Assembly: GCF_004010195.1 (NCBI RefSeq)
Contig: NC_057719.1
Span: 9,440,708-9,460,707, forward strand
Length of the DNA stretch: 20,000 nucleotides
Reading direction: 5' to 3'
From: Chiloscyllium plagiosum
Taxonomy: Eukaryota
The notes under the pieces are model-generated. The model was not told the DNA's origin. It searched no databases and was given only the letters and a program-made list of their open reading frames with translations. Numbering within the stretch: the stretch's first letter is position 1; the number at the start of each line of letters is the position of its first letter. A program made the position numbers and the translations under genes. Below, in pieces: positions 1-11,185 of this stretch.

Positions 1-1238
1 AGATAGAGGATTTATAATCATCTAGAGAGGAATAAGTTGATTCGGGATAGTCAACATGGTTTTGAAGGGTAGGTTGTGACTCACAAACCTTATTGATTTC
101 TTTGAGATGGTGACCAAACAGATGGATGAGAGTAAAGCGGTTGATGTGGTGTCTCTGGATTTTAGTAAGGCATTTGATAAGGTGCCCAACAGTAGGGTAT
201 TGCAGAAAATACAAAGGCATGGGACTGAAGGTGATTGGCTAGCTAAAAGAATACAGAGGATGGTGGTTGATGACGAATGTTCATCCTGAAGTGGAGTTAC
301 TAGTGGTGTACCACAAGGATCTGTTTTGGGTCCACTGCTGATTATCATTTTTATAAATGACCTAGATGAGGGTGTGGAGGACGGGTTAGTAAATTTGCGG
401 ATGACACTAAGGTTAGAGGAGTTGTGGATAGTGACGAAGGATGTAGTAGGTTGCAGAGAGACATAGATAAGCTGCAAAGCTGGGCTGAGTGGTGGCAAAT
501 GGAGTTTAATGCGGACAAATGTGAGGTGATTCACTTTGGAAGGAGCACCAGGAATGCAGAGTACTGGGTGAATGGTAAGATTCTCGGTAGTGTAGAAGAG
601 CAGAGAGATCTCGGTGTCAATGTAAATAGATCCCTGAAAGTTGCCACCCAGGTTGATAGGGTTATCAAGAAGGCATACGGTGTGTTAGCTTTTACTAGTA
701 GAGGGATTATGTTTAGGAGGTCACGCTGCAGCTATACAAAACTCTGATATAGCCACACTTGGATTCTGGTCACTGCATTATAGGAATGATATGGAAGCTT
801 TGGAAAGGGTGCAGAGGAGATTTACTAGGATGCTGCCTGGTATGGAGGGAAAGTCTTATGAAAAAGGCTGAGAAAACTTGAGGCTGTTTTTGTTAGAGAG
901 AAGGAGGTTGACAGATGACTTAATTGAGACATATAAGATAATCAGAGGGTTAGATAGGGTGGACAAGAAGAGCCTTTTTCCTCAAATGGTAAAGGCTAGC
1001 ATGAGGGGGCATAGCTTTAAATTGAGGGGTGATCGATATAGGACAGATGTCAGAGGTAGTTTCTTTACTCAGAGAGTAGACTCGCAAACTCTAAGAGCAT
1101 TTAAATGGTCATTGGATAAACATATGGATGAAAGTGGAATAGTGTGTATGGCATAGACAGGCTTCCGATTGGTCCCACAGGTTGGCACAACATTGAGGGC
1201 CGAAGGGCCTGTACTGTGCTAAAATGTTCTGTGTACTC
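1..1238 (+). mobile_element. CR1-clade LINE (shark HER1-like), decayed RT and 3' end, truncated by window start
   Basis: Translation across frameshifts and stops gives [79 protein letters not shown] and FFTQRV. It ends in a CR1-type tail (gggccgaagggcctgtactgtgct). Confidence 0.95.
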
Positions 1239-1254
1239 ACGATCACTTGCAATT

Positions 1255-1803
1255 CTGCTCCAGTGCAGCCCTGATCGGGCCACTTGTAGTATTCTGCGTA
1301 CAATTCTGGCCACCTTTCTACAGGAAGGATAATGTTGAACTTGAGCGGGTACAGAAAAGATTTACAAGGATGTTGCCAGGGTTGGAGGGTTTGAGCTCCA
1401 GGCAGAAACTAAATTCTCCCTGGAGCGTCGGAGGCTAAAGGGTGACCTTATAGAGGTTTATAAAATCATGCGGGGCATAATTAGGGTGAAAAGACAAGGT
1501 ATTTTCCCCAGGAGAAGGGGGTCCTAAATTAGAGAGCACTAAGTTTAAGGTGAGAGGGGAAAGATTTCAAAGGGACCGGAGAGGTAACTTCTTCACACAG
1601 AGAGTGGTGCATGTATGGAATGAGCTGCCAGAGGAAGTGGTGAAGGTGGGTACAATTACAACATTTAAAAGGCATTTGGAATGGTATACGAATAGGAATA
1701 TGGGCCAAGTGCTGGAAAACAGGACTAGATCACATTGGGATGCCTGGTCAGTGCGGACAAGATGGTCCAAAGGGTCTGTTTCCATGTTGTGTGACTCTAT
1801 GAG
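1255..1803 (+). mobile_element. CR1-clade LINE 3' fragment (second subfamily)
   Basis: Motifs CVQFWPPFYRKD..LERVQKRFTRMLPGL and FFTQRVVHVWNELPEEVV; tail aagggtctgtttccatgttgtgtgactctatga. Confidence 0.93.
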
Positions 1804-2049
1804 ATTGGTACAATGTTGATGGAACCCAAGCTGAGCTTTCTCCCTTCTTCACCCTCAGGCATTGAGGTTATCTAGACACAACGGAGATAAGCTGGTTCAC
1901 CTCAGTCTGAAAATTGAGTGTGGGGTCTCACCATTGCACTGGAGTGCTCAAATTGATCGGGGCTCATACTCTGCACTTTAAACCCACTACCCACCAGCTT
2001 TCATCTGTGACTCAGCACTGTTGTCCCTGAACAGCACTGTCTCTATAGC

Positions 2050-2170
2050 CCCAAGGACTGCAGCAGTTTAACGAGGTATCTCAACATCACATCCTCCAAG
2101 GCAATTGGGGATGGGCAATAAACTCTCACCTAGCCAGTGATGCCTACGTCCCATGAACAAATTTAAAAAA
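2050..2170 (+). mobile_element. Shark SINE/LINE shared 3' tail
   Basis: ggactgcagcagtt...caaggcaattggggatgggcaataaa...gccagtgatgcctacgtcccatgaacaaatttaaaaaa ends in an A-rich tail. A reverse-complement relative is at about 11946-12110. Confidence 0.7.
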
Positions 2171-2397
2171 GAATCAGCCATTTGTAGTTTCAGGCCCTTG
2201 TCATTTCGGAGCTTTAATCAACACAGACTGTTCAGCTGAGAGTGCTGTTGGAGGTATCACCCTACGAGTGAAGTTGGGACACTGCCTATTCTTCCAGCAA
2301 CTTGTCAAATATCCCGTGGCGCTGCCATGAAGAGGAGCAGCACTGGCCGTGATACCCTGACCATCCCTTGAATGAAATGCGTTACTCTGTCGTTCAC

Positions 2398-2604
2398 CTT
2401 GTTGCTCTCTGTGGAAGCCGGCAGTCTGGAAACTGACTGCTGCATTACAGCCATGCCAGTACTTGGAAGATTAGACCTTGTGGGCTGCAAGGGGATGTCA
2501 GAGGAGAAAAGGCAGTATGTAAATACATCTCCTGTCTGACTTCCCGAGCTGTCTTCACTGAATTCAGCTTCCAAGCTGTCCCTGCACTCAGTCGTGTGGA
2601 AGCA
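2398..2604 (-). CDS. Candidate internal exon of an unidentified protein-coding gene (CFHTTECRDSLEAEFSEDSSGSQTGD...LPASTESNK)
   Basis: Strong acceptor tgtctctgcctgatttcttccccAG|TGC, donor AAG|GTgaac, 207 nt open in phase 0-0, non-repetitive sequence. Confidence 0.5.
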
Positions 2605-3429
2605 CTGGGGAAGAAATCAGGCAGAGACACCGGAATATCGAAATTTGAGTAAACAGGGATGATGCTTAATGCGCAATGAGATATGATTTTTAAAACAGAC
2701 CAGGGTTGCTGGGTAATGTATGCTCTGAGTGCACATTCCCTTGAAGAGTTATATTCATAAGCAGTGACCTCTTGGTGTCTACAGTTTTCATTATCTACAA
2801 TGAAAGCTGATGCTTGGTAATGCAGAGCAAATTACATTCTCAATCCTGTCACATAGATGCAATCAAGTCTTTGCAAGATGCCAAGAGGCGGTCTCTTTGG
2901 GAGGGGGAGCTGGGAAGGGTGGGGTGTCAGTTGTCAATATCTGCCAGGCTCATTACTATAATTTTGGAGCTGAGTTCACCGTCACAAAAGAGGACGCATT
3001 AACAATACGATGGTGCAATGTTCAGAATTGCACCATTTGAGTGGCCCTCTTTATCTCTCACACAGACGCTCGCTCTCTTCAAAATCAAAATTCTATTCAT
3101 GTAAGTCACTCCCCGGATTGTGGCTGGTGAGAGGGAAGAGAAAAGACAAGAGATAATGATTCATAATTACAAGTAATAGCAGCCAAAGTGAGGAACAAGC
3201 GAATTAAATTGCAGCCTGCTCCCATCGGACCCACAGTGAGGGGTCACAGCAAGTCAGTTGGAGCTTCCCAAATGCCTTTGATCAAACTCCTTTGTGATAC
3301 AGCTTCAGATTCTAGTCATCCTGGCTGGAAACGAGGAAGGAAGGGGGGGAGGGAGACAACAAAATTAAACGTGCTGTTTGCTTCTTAACTGGCGCCGATT
3401 CAACAGAAGAAGATGAAAGCTTATCGAGG

Positions 3430-3531
3430 AACATTTAGGAATGTAGAGTTGAGGTTAAAATCAGATCAGCCGTGATCTGATTGAATGGTGAAGCTGGCTT
3501 TAAGGGCTGAGTGGCCTGCTCCTGTTCCTTG
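3430..3531 (+). mobile_element. CR1 3' tail remnant
   Basis: gttgaggttaaaatcagatcagccgtgatctgattgaatggtga...gggctgagtggcctgctcctgttcc, similar to 13325-13400. Confidence 0.75.
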
Positions 3532-3533
3532 CC

Positions 3534-4135
3534 AAAGACAAGAAATGCTGGAGGTGACAGCAAGTCAGACAGTATTCATGGAAAGAGAGCAAGCTAATGT
3601 TTCCGAATCTAGATGACACTTTGTCAGAGCTGATGTGAAGTGTGGAGGGGACAACGCTTATGCAATTGTGCGGGGGGGGGATGGGGGGAGTGGAGGGAAC
3701 CTGGTGGGGGTGGATGGAGTGCTAGCGGAAGAAAGGATGTTGATAATTTGGATTAAGTGATTGGAATGTGAGTCAAAGATCCAAAGATGTGCTGGTCATG
3801 GGTACGGAAATGGGTCTGCGTGTGTTACTCTTCAGAGGGTCAGTGTTAGATTTGTTTGGCCAAACGGCCTGTTTCCACACTGCAGGGAATCTAATCAATG
3901 GTGTGTCTAACTGTCAGACTGAAAAGGACAGTAACTGGGATGAGGTGAGAAGAGAGGGGAATGGTGACAGAGAGTGTAACAAAAGAAGTGAAAAGGGAGG
4001 GAAGGAACTTGAGTGGGTTCATAATTTGAAGGTCTTGAATTCAATACGAAGTCCAGAAAGTTGTAAGGTGCCTTGTCTGAAGGTGAGATGTTGTTCTTCT
4101 AGTTTGTGTGTTAAGTACCATCACAGGAAGATGAA
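3534..4135 (-). mobile_element. Penelope-like retroelement 3' relic (GIY-YIG C-terminus plus tail with degenerate hammerhead)
   Basis: Minus strand at about 4020-4110 reads KLEEQHLTFRQGTLQLSGLRIEF, paralleling 16286-16351 (+). Its tail matches 16720-16800 and 17140-17280 in reverse. A degenerate CTGACAA..GAAACAT motif lies at about 3595-3628. Confidence 0.8.
3780..3897 (+). mobile_element. HE1-type SINE 3' fragment nested in the Penelope relic
   Basis: ccaaagatgtgc...ctcttcagagggtcagtgt..ggccaaacggcctgtttccacactgcagggaatc matches the reverse complement of the HE1 3' end at 16818-16890. Confidence 0.7.
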
Positions 4136-5044
4136 TACCTTGGCATTTGCCAACAACAACTTGCGCCTCATTGTTTTCATCCCAACATTCAAACTGCTTT
4201 TCTGTCACATCAACATTTTTTGATCACCAATAAATCAAAGTATTCAAAGAAAAATGAAAATAAAATGCAAACACTTTGTGTATCCCTTCTTTTGGCCTCC
4301 CACCAGGGAACGAGAAGTGAGCTTAATGTTATTTCTGGGAATTCCTGAATAACCCTTGGCAAATTGAACTCTGAGGATTAACTGAACCTCTCTCTAAAAC
4401 CTTCCATTAAACCTTGCAAATAAACCAGGAGAGATAAGCGTTTTTCTTTTCCTCTCAGAAAATCCTTATTGCAGAAAATGTGAGTGGTTTCCAAAGAAAT
4501 TTTGCTCTTGGAGTAACAGGTCGTTCATTAAATTGTTAATAATGAGCGAGACAGACAGCTCCCTATAATCTGCTGTGAGATTTCAGTAGCAATTTCCGGA
4601 GTGCTTGCAAGAAATGTAAATGATAGTATGGTGTAAAATAAAAACAAGAGGATGAAACCTCCAGGATGCTGAAAAACCAGACAACCTTGAATTCAACAAG
4701 TGGCTATCAGTTCATTATTAGCAAATCTGTTGCATTGGACATAGCCCAGTTTGCTAGCGATCTCACATGGGAGCACTGAGAGGGTGGACAGTGGTGTCTG
4801 AGCTGAGGCTCTTGTACATGTTTTAGGTATTAGAGCCATGCAGAATTTCAAAGATTCTTGTTCTGTTATGTACCAGTTTCAAAATATCACTGCAATCAAA
4901 AAAATAATACTTGTACTCATGATGAGAGCTCAAGCTTCTAAAATCTCTGTAAGTGTCTGTTCCCCTTGCTCTGAGCCCTCACCCAGGCCTAAGCAGTCAC
5001 ACACAGCGAGTACAGATCAGTCACCAGCCACACATAATCAAACG

Positions 5045-5700
5045 CAGATCAGTGGAGTTGCTGAACGTTGTCTGCCTTCTCAGGTGGACAACGGAGAATC
5101 CCACAGCACTATTACAAAGAAGAGCTGCACTTGGTGTCTGGACTATTGATCTATCTTCAATCAACATGATTTTTGTTCAGTAAGCACAGAGTTAATGCAG
5201 TTTGTAAAAGAAGGAACTGCGATTTGAAAAAAAAAACTTTTCTCACACAGTGAGGAGTTAAGGCCTGGAATGTGCTGCTTGGAAGTGAGGTGGAGGCAGA
5301 TTCAAACAAGACACTCACGAGTGCATTAGGTGATCAGGGCTACAGGGAAAAGGCAGGGAATTGGTATCTAAATTAATATACTCAGGGAGCTGGTGCAGAC
5401 ACAATGGACTGAACAGTCTCCTTCTTCACTACAATAATTCACTGGTTACGGGGATGGCGAGCAGGGAAGTGCGGTTGGGACTGTGCTCTTATTGAATGAT
5501 CGAGGAGACCTGAAAGAGTAAATGGCCTATCCCTCCTCTTGTTTATTTGTAAGTTGTGTTCTTATGAAGCACATTATTTTTATGGCTTTGAGCAAATTGA
5601 CTCCCTCACTCGATACAGTAAAACAGCTACCACACTTCAGGAGTACTTCACTGGCTTTTTTTGTTGCAATTAAGGACATGGATGCATTTATATTAAAATG
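5045..5700 (+). mobile_element. Old Deu-domain SINE (SacSINE1/AmnSINE1-like) remnant split by a CR1 3' fragment at about 5225-5545
   Basis: The 5' part (tgtctgccttctcaggtggac..atcccacagcactatt..aagaagagc..tcaatcaacat) and the 3' part (gcaaattgact..ctaccacacttcaggagtacttcactggct) resemble the recalled Deu domain. The intervening sequence is CR1-like (tctcacacagtgag..tggaatgtgctg). Confidence 0.5.
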
Positions 5701-6049
5701 AGTCACTGCCTGAAATTTAATCAAGTGTTAGAATTATTATCATGTTCTCTTCCTTCATTCAATGGATGCTGGATCCTACAGGATTGCTGCTCTCTTGTCA
5801 AATGCTGTAAATAAATTCATGCACCACAATTAATTACTGCAGTTAATTGTGAGATGAGACTTGTGACTTCCAATTTCCTTGTATTAAATGTAGACACCGT
5901 CTCTCAGGCCTTTAAGGCCCACACCTGCCATATGAGTGTGTGAGGCTGAGGATAAAGGCATGAACCATCAATCATCAAGGTGAGTTGGCTTGTGTGTGTG
6001 TGTTTGTGTGTGGGGCAGAGGGGGAACTGGTGATGTTTTTAACAGGGAC

Positions 6050-6353
6050 AAGTCCAGACCGACTGTCCACAGAGTAACCCACTCAGACCCTTTCCCCTAC
6101 TCTATTACTCTACATTTAACCCTGACTAATGCACCTAACCTACACATCCCTGAATACTATGGGCAATTTAGCATGGCCAATGCACCTAATCTGGACATCT
6201 TTGGATTATGGGTGGAAACCGGAGACCCGGAGGAAACCCACACAGACATGGGGAAAATATGCAAACTCCACACAGACAGTCACCCGAGACTGGAATCAAA
6301 CCTTCGTTCCTGGCCCTGTGAGGCAGCAGTACTATCCACTGAGCCACTGTGTC
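6050..6353 (-). mobile_element. HE1-type V-SINE (tRNA-derived)
   Basis: Minus strand starts gacacagtggctcagtgg (A box), with a decayed B box ggtttgattcc and a V-domain gtgtggagtttgcatattttccccatgtctgtgtgggtttcctccggg. Paralog at 16818-17121. Confidence 0.93.
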
Positions 6354-6437
6354 TTCTACCAGGAATCTGGACATGAACGTGGGAAAGTGATTTAGCTGGT
6401 TATTTTCACTGAAAATCACGACATTCTCTTTTCCATT

Positions 6438-6594
6438 ACAGAGAGATGGCTGGTGGTGAGTTTAAGGTGAGGGTGGCCACCCCTTTGGGGAAGGGTAAGG
6501 TTGAGAGGGCATAGCCTTCATGATGACCTCAGATGGAGCAGGAATTGACTTTAGATCGCTCTACATCACAAATCAGCCATCCAGTTAATCTGAC
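6438..6594 (-). mobile_element. Degenerate tRNA-derived SINE remnant
   Basis: Minus strand ctggatggctgatttgtgatgtagag..gtcaattcctgctccatctgaggtcatcatgaaggctatgccctctcaacctt resembles a recalled shark SINE head and body. Confidence 0.45.
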
Positions 6595-6758
6595 CTCCTC
6601 GTCATATATGTTGTCACTTTCTTGTACAGAGGGCTGCTTCTCTCTCAGTGTCCTCCTCAGACTATGTTCCCAGTGCACCCTCTCCTTTATCATGATCACA
6701 CCATCAGCTCCATCAGTAACTGACTCCTGTCGGATTTTACTCTGGTAAAGCTCTGCAC
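6595..6758 (-). CDS. Candidate internal exon of the same unidentified gene ((G)AELYQSKIRQESVTDGADGVIMIKERVHWEHSLRRTLREKQPSVQESDNIYDEE)
   Basis: Acceptor tgttttcacctctctgttaaAG|GT and donor GAG|GTcaga; 164 nt, with only one of three frames open. It ends in phase 0, compatible with 2398-2604. Confidence 0.5.
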
Positions 6759-7404
6759 CTTTAACAGAGAGGTGAAAACAAGTAATGGGTTTGGATTTAT
6801 TGGGTGGGTGGGGACTGACCATAATAGCAGCTGGGCTCGAGATGCTGTGACCATGGGCAGGGTTCAAAAGGGATGGATGACCTTCAAGGGTGGGGTGCTC
6901 CCAATGCACCCACGGGACACTCAAAAGAAACTCCCTCCCCTGTAGCTGCCTGCCTGACACCAGCCGGTGCATTCAAAGCTTTCTACATGATGTCAGCATC
7001 CCCTTTGAGGGGGTGGTAAAATAGCATCGGTGTTGAAGACCTTCACTGGCCAATTGGCTACTTCAGTGTCTCAAAAGACCCACGTCCCCATTTTCCTTAA
7101 TGTTTGAGATAAATGGATTTCCCACGAGAAGGCCATATTTTGAATTATATGTGACTCCACCCTACTCACCTCCCTCAACCACCACCTGAAACCCACTGGC
7201 AGGAGAACATAAAGTTCAGTTTATGACCAATTTGCTTCAAGTTTTCTTTAATTTATGTTTTCATTTTCAAAACAAAATTGCTGCAGATCCCTGATCCTTC
7301 CATCATTTCTCTGGAAGAGAGTGAGCAGACTCACTCGACGGATGGGGGCAAATCACCCCTCCTCCAGAAGTTGTTTGTCATCTTTGGTGTCCCTCTGCCT
7401 TATG

Positions 7405-8032
7405 AATTCACTTGTGGAAGGATTAGGAGGACACAGATTTAAAACGGTGACATGAGGAAAACGTGACATGAGGAAAAGTCAATGTCTCACAGTGGGATAG
7501 TTAAAGCTTGAAATGTGCTGCCAGAGAGTGTGGTGGAGTCAAGGCCCATTGATGCATTCAATAGACAAAGTTAAAAATCACACAACACCAGGTGATAGTC
7601 CAACAGGTTTATTTGGAAGCACTAGCTGTCGGAGCGCTTCTCCTGCATCAGGTGGTTGTGGAGCAGGACCTTAAGACACAGAATTTATAGCAAAAGGTTA
7701 CAGCAAAATCTTTATAGCAAAACCTTTTACTATAAATTATGTGTCTTATGATCCTGCTCCACAACCCCCTGATGAAGAAACAGTGCTCCGAAGGCCAGTG
7801 CTTCCAAATAAACCTGTTGGATTATAACCTGGTGTTGTGTGATTTTTAACTTTGTACACCCCAGTCCAACACCGGCTTGTCCACATCATGACTACCTTCA
7901 ATACACAACTTAATGTTATCTCATTAGTTATTTGCATCAGAGAAGAGAGGAGAATGGCACAGGGTGAAGTTCTAAGTCGGAGGGCAGGCACAGATAATGG
8001 GCTGAATGGCCTGCGTTGGCAGCAGCTTGACA
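7405..8032 (+). mobile_element. Old CR1 3' fragment interrupted by the 7565-7890 hairpin element
   Basis: ggaggacacagatttaaa..gacatgaggaaaa..tgaaatgtgctgccagagagtgtggtggag..gcattcaa on the left; CR1-type tail atgggctgaatggcct near 8000 on the right. Confidence 0.65.
7565..7890. mobile_element. Penelope-derived inverted-repeat (hairpin) element, family B, with a hammerhead motif in each arm
   Basis: 7565-7699 is the approximate reverse complement of 7721-7855 (acaaagttaaaaatcacacaacaccagg / cctggtgttgtgtgatttttaactttgt). CTGATGA at 7769-7775 (+); mutated mirror copy at about 7622-7651 (-). Confidence 0.85.
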
Positions 8033-8379
8033 TTAACTAACATAAAGAGAAGCTTACACCAGTTGGGGGCTCATCACACTTCTCAGAGATCACCAAATGC
8101 CTCTGAAATCCAAACAAATTCAAACAGTTACTTTTGGCAAGGTATGAGGCCATCAGTCAGTTTATCTGTTTTTTGTCAGTATTAATTAAAGAGTGTCAGG
8201 GGATTCACTGGGTAAGCAGACAGGGCCTGGATTTAGAAATGACTCAGGAACAATGCTGTAGATCCACTGAGTACAGTGGCATAGGGGTGTACTGATACAG
8301 TTCTCTGGAGGGGAGGAGTCATCAGCAAAGTGCCAAAAGGCACATTGTCCCCAAAAATGTAAATCGGCAACAGCAGCGT

Positions 8380-8516
8380 GGCAACTGGCATTGTGTGAAA
8401 CTTTGGTCTCCTTATCTCAAGAAGGAGGTTCTGCTTATGGAAGGTGTGCAACAAAAGGTTTACCAGTCTTGGGATGACAGGACTGATGTATGAGCAGTGA
8501 CTGGATCAGTTAGGAC
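8380..8516 (+). mobile_element. CR1 fragment, probably the 5' part of the element that resumes at about 10385
   Basis: CVKLWSPYLKKEVLLMEGVQQKV-like translation; it breaks just before the DLIETYKI region. Confidence 0.7.
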
Positions 8517-9200
8517 ACAGGAAACAGAGAATCAGGAGTAGCCCATCCAACCCCTCAAGCCAGGTCCACCATTCAATGAGATCATGGCTAATCTGTGGCC
8601 CACCTGCCTTTGGCCCATATCCCTTAATACCTTTGCTTAACAGAAGCTTATCTATCTCAGATTTAAAACCAATGACTAATCCTGCATCGGTTGCCATTTG
8701 TGGAGAGAGAGTTCTGAACACCTACAACCCTTTGTGTGGAAAATTGCTTCCTAAAATCTCGCCTGAATGGTCTGACATAAAATGGCGTCGGTTCTAAAGT
8801 CTCTGACCAGTAGAAATAATTTATCTTTATCCACGCTCTATTTTTCTGTTAATATCTTGAAAACTTCGATCAGATCACCCTTTATTCTTCTAAATTCGAG
8901 ATACAACAGGTCTCATCTTTCCTCATAACTTAACCTCGTTCTTATAAACATACTTCGTAGTCCTTCCTAAGGTGTGGTGCCCACATCTGCTCACAGTACT
9001 CCAAGTGGGGTCTAACCAGGGTTTGGTATAACTGCAACATAACATCTGCATCCTTATACTCCAGACCTCTCGTTATAAAGACCAGCATTCCTTTAGCTTT
9101 CTTGAGTATGTTTCACGCCTGTTCATGATATTCCAAAGATCTATGCAGCTGAACCCCCAAGTCTTTTTGGATATCCACTGTATTTTAAATCTCTCTTCTC
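8517..9200 (-). mobile_element. CR1 3' fragment
   Basis: Minus-strand LVRPHLEYC, GDLIEVFKI and FKSEIDKLLLSKGIKGYG motifs, with the tail near 8520-8580. Confidence 0.88.
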
Positions 9201-9261
9201 AATTTAAAAATGAGCCCAGCGGTCGTGGAGGGAGCGGCCATGTGGCTGGTGGCATCTGAGC

Positions 9262-9360
9262 AGTTCTCCTGCTTCTCCGTTGCTTGCCTGACCTGCTGTG
9301 CTTTTCCAGCACCACACTTTCAACTCTGAACTCCAGCATCTGCAGTCCTCAACTTTTCTG
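9262..9360 (+). mobile_element. Penelope tail, family A, single arm lacking the hammerhead core
   Basis: ttctcctgct..gcctgacctgctgtgcttttccagcaccacactttcaactctgaactccagcatctgcagtcctc matches 14118-14180 and 18819-18900. Confidence 0.85.
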
Positions 9361-9361
9361 C

Positions 9362-10365
9362 TTAAAAATGTACCCCCTAGTCTTGGAAACCCCCCACCCT
9401 AGGGAAAAGACAACTACCATTAACCCTATCTATATTTTACATTATTTTAAAAACCTCTGAAAGGTCACCCCTCAACCTCCTACACTCCACTGAAAAAAGT
9501 CTCAAACTATCCAGCCTTTCTTTACAACCCAGCAACATCCTGTCACCAAATCTCTTTAGTTTAATAGTATCCTTCCTCTTACTGGGTGACCAAAACTGGA
9601 CACAGTACTCCAGAAGACATCTCACCAATGTCCTGTACAACAAACTCAATGTGACTTCCCAACAACTATACTCAAAGGACTGAGCAATGAAGGCAAATGT
9701 TCAAAATGCCTTTTTAGCCACCCTGTCTACCTGTGATGCTAAAATTATGTATCTGAACCCCTAGGTCGCTCAGTTCTACAACTTTACCCAAGGCGTTACC
9801 ATTAATTGTGTAAGTCCTACTACCCCATTTTGTACCAATATGCAATACCTCGCATTCATCCAGATTGAACTCCATCTGCCATTTTTCAGTCCATTGACCC
9901 ATTTGATCAAGATCCCTTTGAAATCTTTGAAAATCTTCTGCATTCTCTACTGTTTCCTCAATGTGGGTGTCACCTGCAAACTTACTAACCATGTCTTCTA
10001 CATTCTCTTCCAAATAATTTACATCAATGACAAAGAAAAGAGGACCCAGAAACGATCCGTGTGGCACACCACTGGTCACAGGCTTCCAGTCTGAAAAGCA
10101 ACCTTCCACCACCGCTCTCTGTCACCTGCCATTAAGCCAGTAACGTATCCAATCGGCAAGTTCACCCCGAATCTCTCTTCAAAAATATTCAATGAGGTTT
10201 TCCAGGCATGATTTGCTTGTCATGAATGCATGTCGGCTCTCCCTGATGAGCTGAAAACTTTCAAGATGTTAATTTTCCCATCCTTGAATATGGACAATAA
10301 CTTTCCCACCAGCTATACTGGAGTTATTGGTCTGAAGTTCCCCTGTTTTCTTCTTTGGCCCTTCC
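9362..10365 (-). mobile_element. CR1 LINE RT fragment (possibly two abutting pieces)
   Basis: Minus-strand GNFRPI..VGKLL, KSCLENLIEYF, SGVPHGSFLGPLFF, FAGDT, WQMEFNLDECEVLH, LEYCVQFWSP and LRGDLSEVFKIM motifs. Confidence 0.93.
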
Positions 10366-10384
10366 TGCATTAGAGAAGTGACAT

Positions 10385-10750
10385 GTGTAATGGATTTAGG
10401 GGACTCTCACTGAAACATATAAGATTCTAACAGGATAAATGTAGGAAGAATATTCCCAATGATCAGAACCAGGGGTGACAGTCTAAGGATATGGGGTAGG
10501 TCATTTAGGACTGAGATTAGGAGAGATTTCTGCACCCAGAGGGTGGGGAGCCTGTGGAATTCTCTGCCACGGAAAGCAGTTGAGGCCAAAATATTAAATG
10601 TTTTCAAAAAGGAGTTAGATAACGTTTGTAGGGCGAAAGGGTTCAAAGGGTTTTGGGAGAAAGCAGGAACAGGTTTAAATGATCAGCTGCGATCATGCTT
10701 GATGGGGTAGCAGGGTGATTCACCTGCTCCTGTTCCCTATTCCTATTTTC
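10385..10750 (+). mobile_element. CR1 3' end
   Basis: RTRGDSLRIWGRSFRTEIRRDFCTQRVGSLWNSLP motif and tail cctgctcctgttccctattcctat. Confidence 0.9.
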
Positions 10751-10917
10751 TAAGCTTTGGTGTTCCTATTGCATTCTGTGTTTTACTGTAACGAAGGAAT
10801 TGGAGGCAAATGCACACGCATGATGCATGAAGCTTGCACTGTTCAGTAAATAGGCATCACACAGCTGCAACATTTCTGAATAACGGAGCAAAGGCTGAAT
10901 TAAACTTGTTTTTTTAC

Positions 10918-10946
10918 CTTCCTTAATGAGGCCATATTTGTATGCA
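10918..10946 (-). CDS. Weak candidate 29-nt exon (xAYKYGLIKE-G)
   Basis: ttacAG|T GCA TAC AAA TAT GGC CTC ATT AAG GAA G|GTaaaa. The terminal G joins the GT of the 6758 exon to give Gly in frame. The pyrimidine tract is poor. Confidence 0.25.
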
Positions 10947-10994
10947 CTGTAATTTTAAATCTCATGCGCAATACTGTTATAATTATGTTCCTTT

Positions 10995-11185
10995 GTAACT
11001 CTTTCTTTCGCATAGAACAGGTTATTGAGGCATTCAAGAGGATATTGAATGATTTTTTTGGATAGAAATGGTGTGCAGGAATACGAAGAAAAGGGAGGAG
11101 ATAAACTCCAGGGGATAGAACCAGTACAGGCACGTTGGGCCAAATGGCCTCCTTCTGTGCTGTAACAATTTGCTGATTCTGTGAT
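10995..11185 (+). mobile_element. CR1 3' tail remnant
   Basis: gaggcattcaagagg..acaggcacgttgggccaaatggcctccttctgtgctgtaacaatttgctgattctgtgatt. Confidence 0.75.

Noticed and set aside
22..1819. Cluster of ORFs as host genes
   Set aside because: They are all sense or antisense readings of frameshifted CR1 ORF2.
3670..3712. G-rich tract as a functional G-quadruplex
   Set aside because: It lies inside the Penelope tail (C-rich counterpart at about 17120-17160), with no evidence of locus-specific function.
7334..7411. Minus-strand exon ending at a strong GTGAGT donor
   Set aside because: All three frames have stops from the best acceptor, which lies in a CR1 remnant. An alternative acceptor gives a phase incompatible with the 6758 exon.
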